Both the position numbers and the translations under genes were made by a program. This document shows positions 62,934-64,000 of a DNA stretch of 64,000 bases, piece after piece. How positions within the stretch are numbered: the stretch's first letter is position 1; every line of letters begins with the position of its first letter. Origin of the DNA: TPA_inf: Saccharomyces (Eukaryota); contig BK006944.2 of NCBI GenBank assembly GCA_000146045.2, forward strand, positions 512,001 through 576,000, read 5' to 3'. The notes below the pieces were generated by a model. That model did no database searches. It worked only from the letters and a program-made list of their open reading frames with translations, and was not told the DNA's origin.

Positions 62934-63980
62934 TTACAAGTCATCTGAAATGCTGTCCAAATTGATAGGTTGACCAGGCTTGAAAGCAGGAAGACCCAAG
63001 TAGGGACAACCACTACATCTAAAGGCATCCCCTAGAGAACAAGAACCACAGCCGCCAACTTTCTTCCCATCGATAGTGAAATCAATCTCGGTCAACTCGT
63101 CTTCTGTAAATTTGACAACTTTATCTTGTTGAGATCTTATATCGTTTATTTCATTTTCTTCCTGTTCTTTCATACCACAGGTGCAATCTTTACAAGCCTT
63201 CTTCTTCTTAGTTTTGGATTTACCGCATGTAATCATAGTAATCATTGACTTACCAGAACCATCCTCGTCGATTAATTCTTCTTCTTCAATGGAATCATCG
63301 CTGGTATCCACTTGATCAAAATATTGGGCTTTGGAAGAGTCACTAGAGAAATCATCATCATCGCTATCCTCAATCAGGTCGTCTACGACTCGGTAGACTT
63401 TTGGTTCAGTGGTCATTTTGAAACTAGGTGGTTTGAAGCTGTCTGTTTCCTTAACTATAGGTTGCCTACTGTGATCTGCTTTTTTGAATGAGGGTAAATT
63501 AGAGGTTGAAGAACTAGCTTTTTTAAAAGTTGGTAGCTTACTACCACTCTGTAGCTTAGTATTGTTCGTTTTCTTTTTTTTCAGTGGTATAGAAACAGTT
63601 TGGTTTAGTTTAGAGGAATCCATTTTAATCCAGCAATAATCTGGTTCGTTAATTATTTCAAACCCATTGATTAATGCATCTACTTTATAAATATCACTTA
63701 AACCAATTAGTGAGCCGTTTGGTTTCAATGAGTCAGCTAAGACAGAAATTAACTTTTTCGGAAACTTAATATCAGTCTGGGCTTCTGGCGTCAAATAGTG
63801 TACTGTTTCATATTTTGCGTTTTCCAAAGTTATGGACCCATCATTTAGTTTATTGATTAAAAACTGGTCCACGAACTTGACTTTCTTTGATGCAGCTTGA
63901 GCCTTAGTGTTCTCTACTAGCTCTGGCGTTGTAGTCACCGCCGGATGTATTAAAAGTAAACCAGTTTTGTATTGTGACAT
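62934..63980 (-). CDS. DRE2: Anamorsin / CIAPIN1-family Fe-S cluster assembly protein, 348 aa
   Basis: ATG (cat at 63978-63980) gives [24 protein letters not shown]... with C-terminal CIAPIN1 motifs (CKDCTCG and [23 protein letters not shown]). Confidence 0.92.
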   Translation of the reverse strand: MSQYKTGLLLIHPAVTTTPELVENTKAQAASKKVKFVDQFLINKLNDGSITLENAKYETVHYLTPEAQTDIKFPKKLISVLADSLKPNGSLIGLSDIYKVDALINGFEIINEPDYCWIKMDSSKLNQTVSIPLKKKKTNNTKLQSGSKLPTFKKASSSTSNLPSFKKADHSRQPIVKETDSFKPPSFKMTTEPKVYRVVDDLIEDSDDDDFSSDSSKAQYFDQVDTSDDSIEEEELIDEDGSGKSMITMITCGKSKTKKKKACKDCTCGMKEQEENEINDIRSQQDKVVKFTEDELTEIDFTIDGKKVGGCGSCSLGDAFRCSGCPYLGLPAFKPGQPINLDSISDDL

Positions 63981-64000
63981 CGATACCTTCACTTACAGTG

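Overview
This window reads as a contiguous, gene-dense segment of Saccharomyces cerevisiae chromosome XI, right arm, running from KAE1/YKR038C (truncated at the window start) to DRE2/YKR071C. The identification rests on the translated ORFs, whose products and lengths match the expected proteins; I could not check nucleotide identity to any reference. About 31 protein-coding genes are recognisable, and all of them appear intact. In order they are KAE1, GAP1, YKR041W, UTH1, SHB17, UIP5, YKR045C, PET10, NAP1, FMP46, TRK2, YKR051W, MRS4, YSR3, DYN1, RHO4, TRM2, RPS21A, GLG1, TIF1, UTP30, KTR2, TFA2, LAS1, OAF3, PAM17, CCP1, GPT2, BET3, MET1, YKR070W and DRE2. DYN1 (dynein heavy chain) is a single 12.3 kb ORF, and RPS21A is spliced. 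There are two tRNA genes, tRNA-Asp(GUC) and tRNA-Ala(AGC). Two solo Ty1-type delta LTRs lie in the same orientation on either side of GAP1. Several simple repeats are present: a Ser-codon repeat in UTH1, a CAG/CAA tract in YKR045C, an (AAT)n microsatellite and long homopolymer runs. The ORF track evidently accepts TTG/GTG/CTG as start codons, so many listed ORFs are longer than the real genes. I set starts at the first conserved ATG and checked each against the printed sequence. I see no CRISPR array, no prokaryotic-style operon and no evidence of a novel system. The most interesting structure is the known GAP1 cassette (tRNA, delta, GAP1, ARS-consensus match, delta, tRNA), which can excise as a circle. 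A handful of smaller regulatory and annotation oddities are flagged below.
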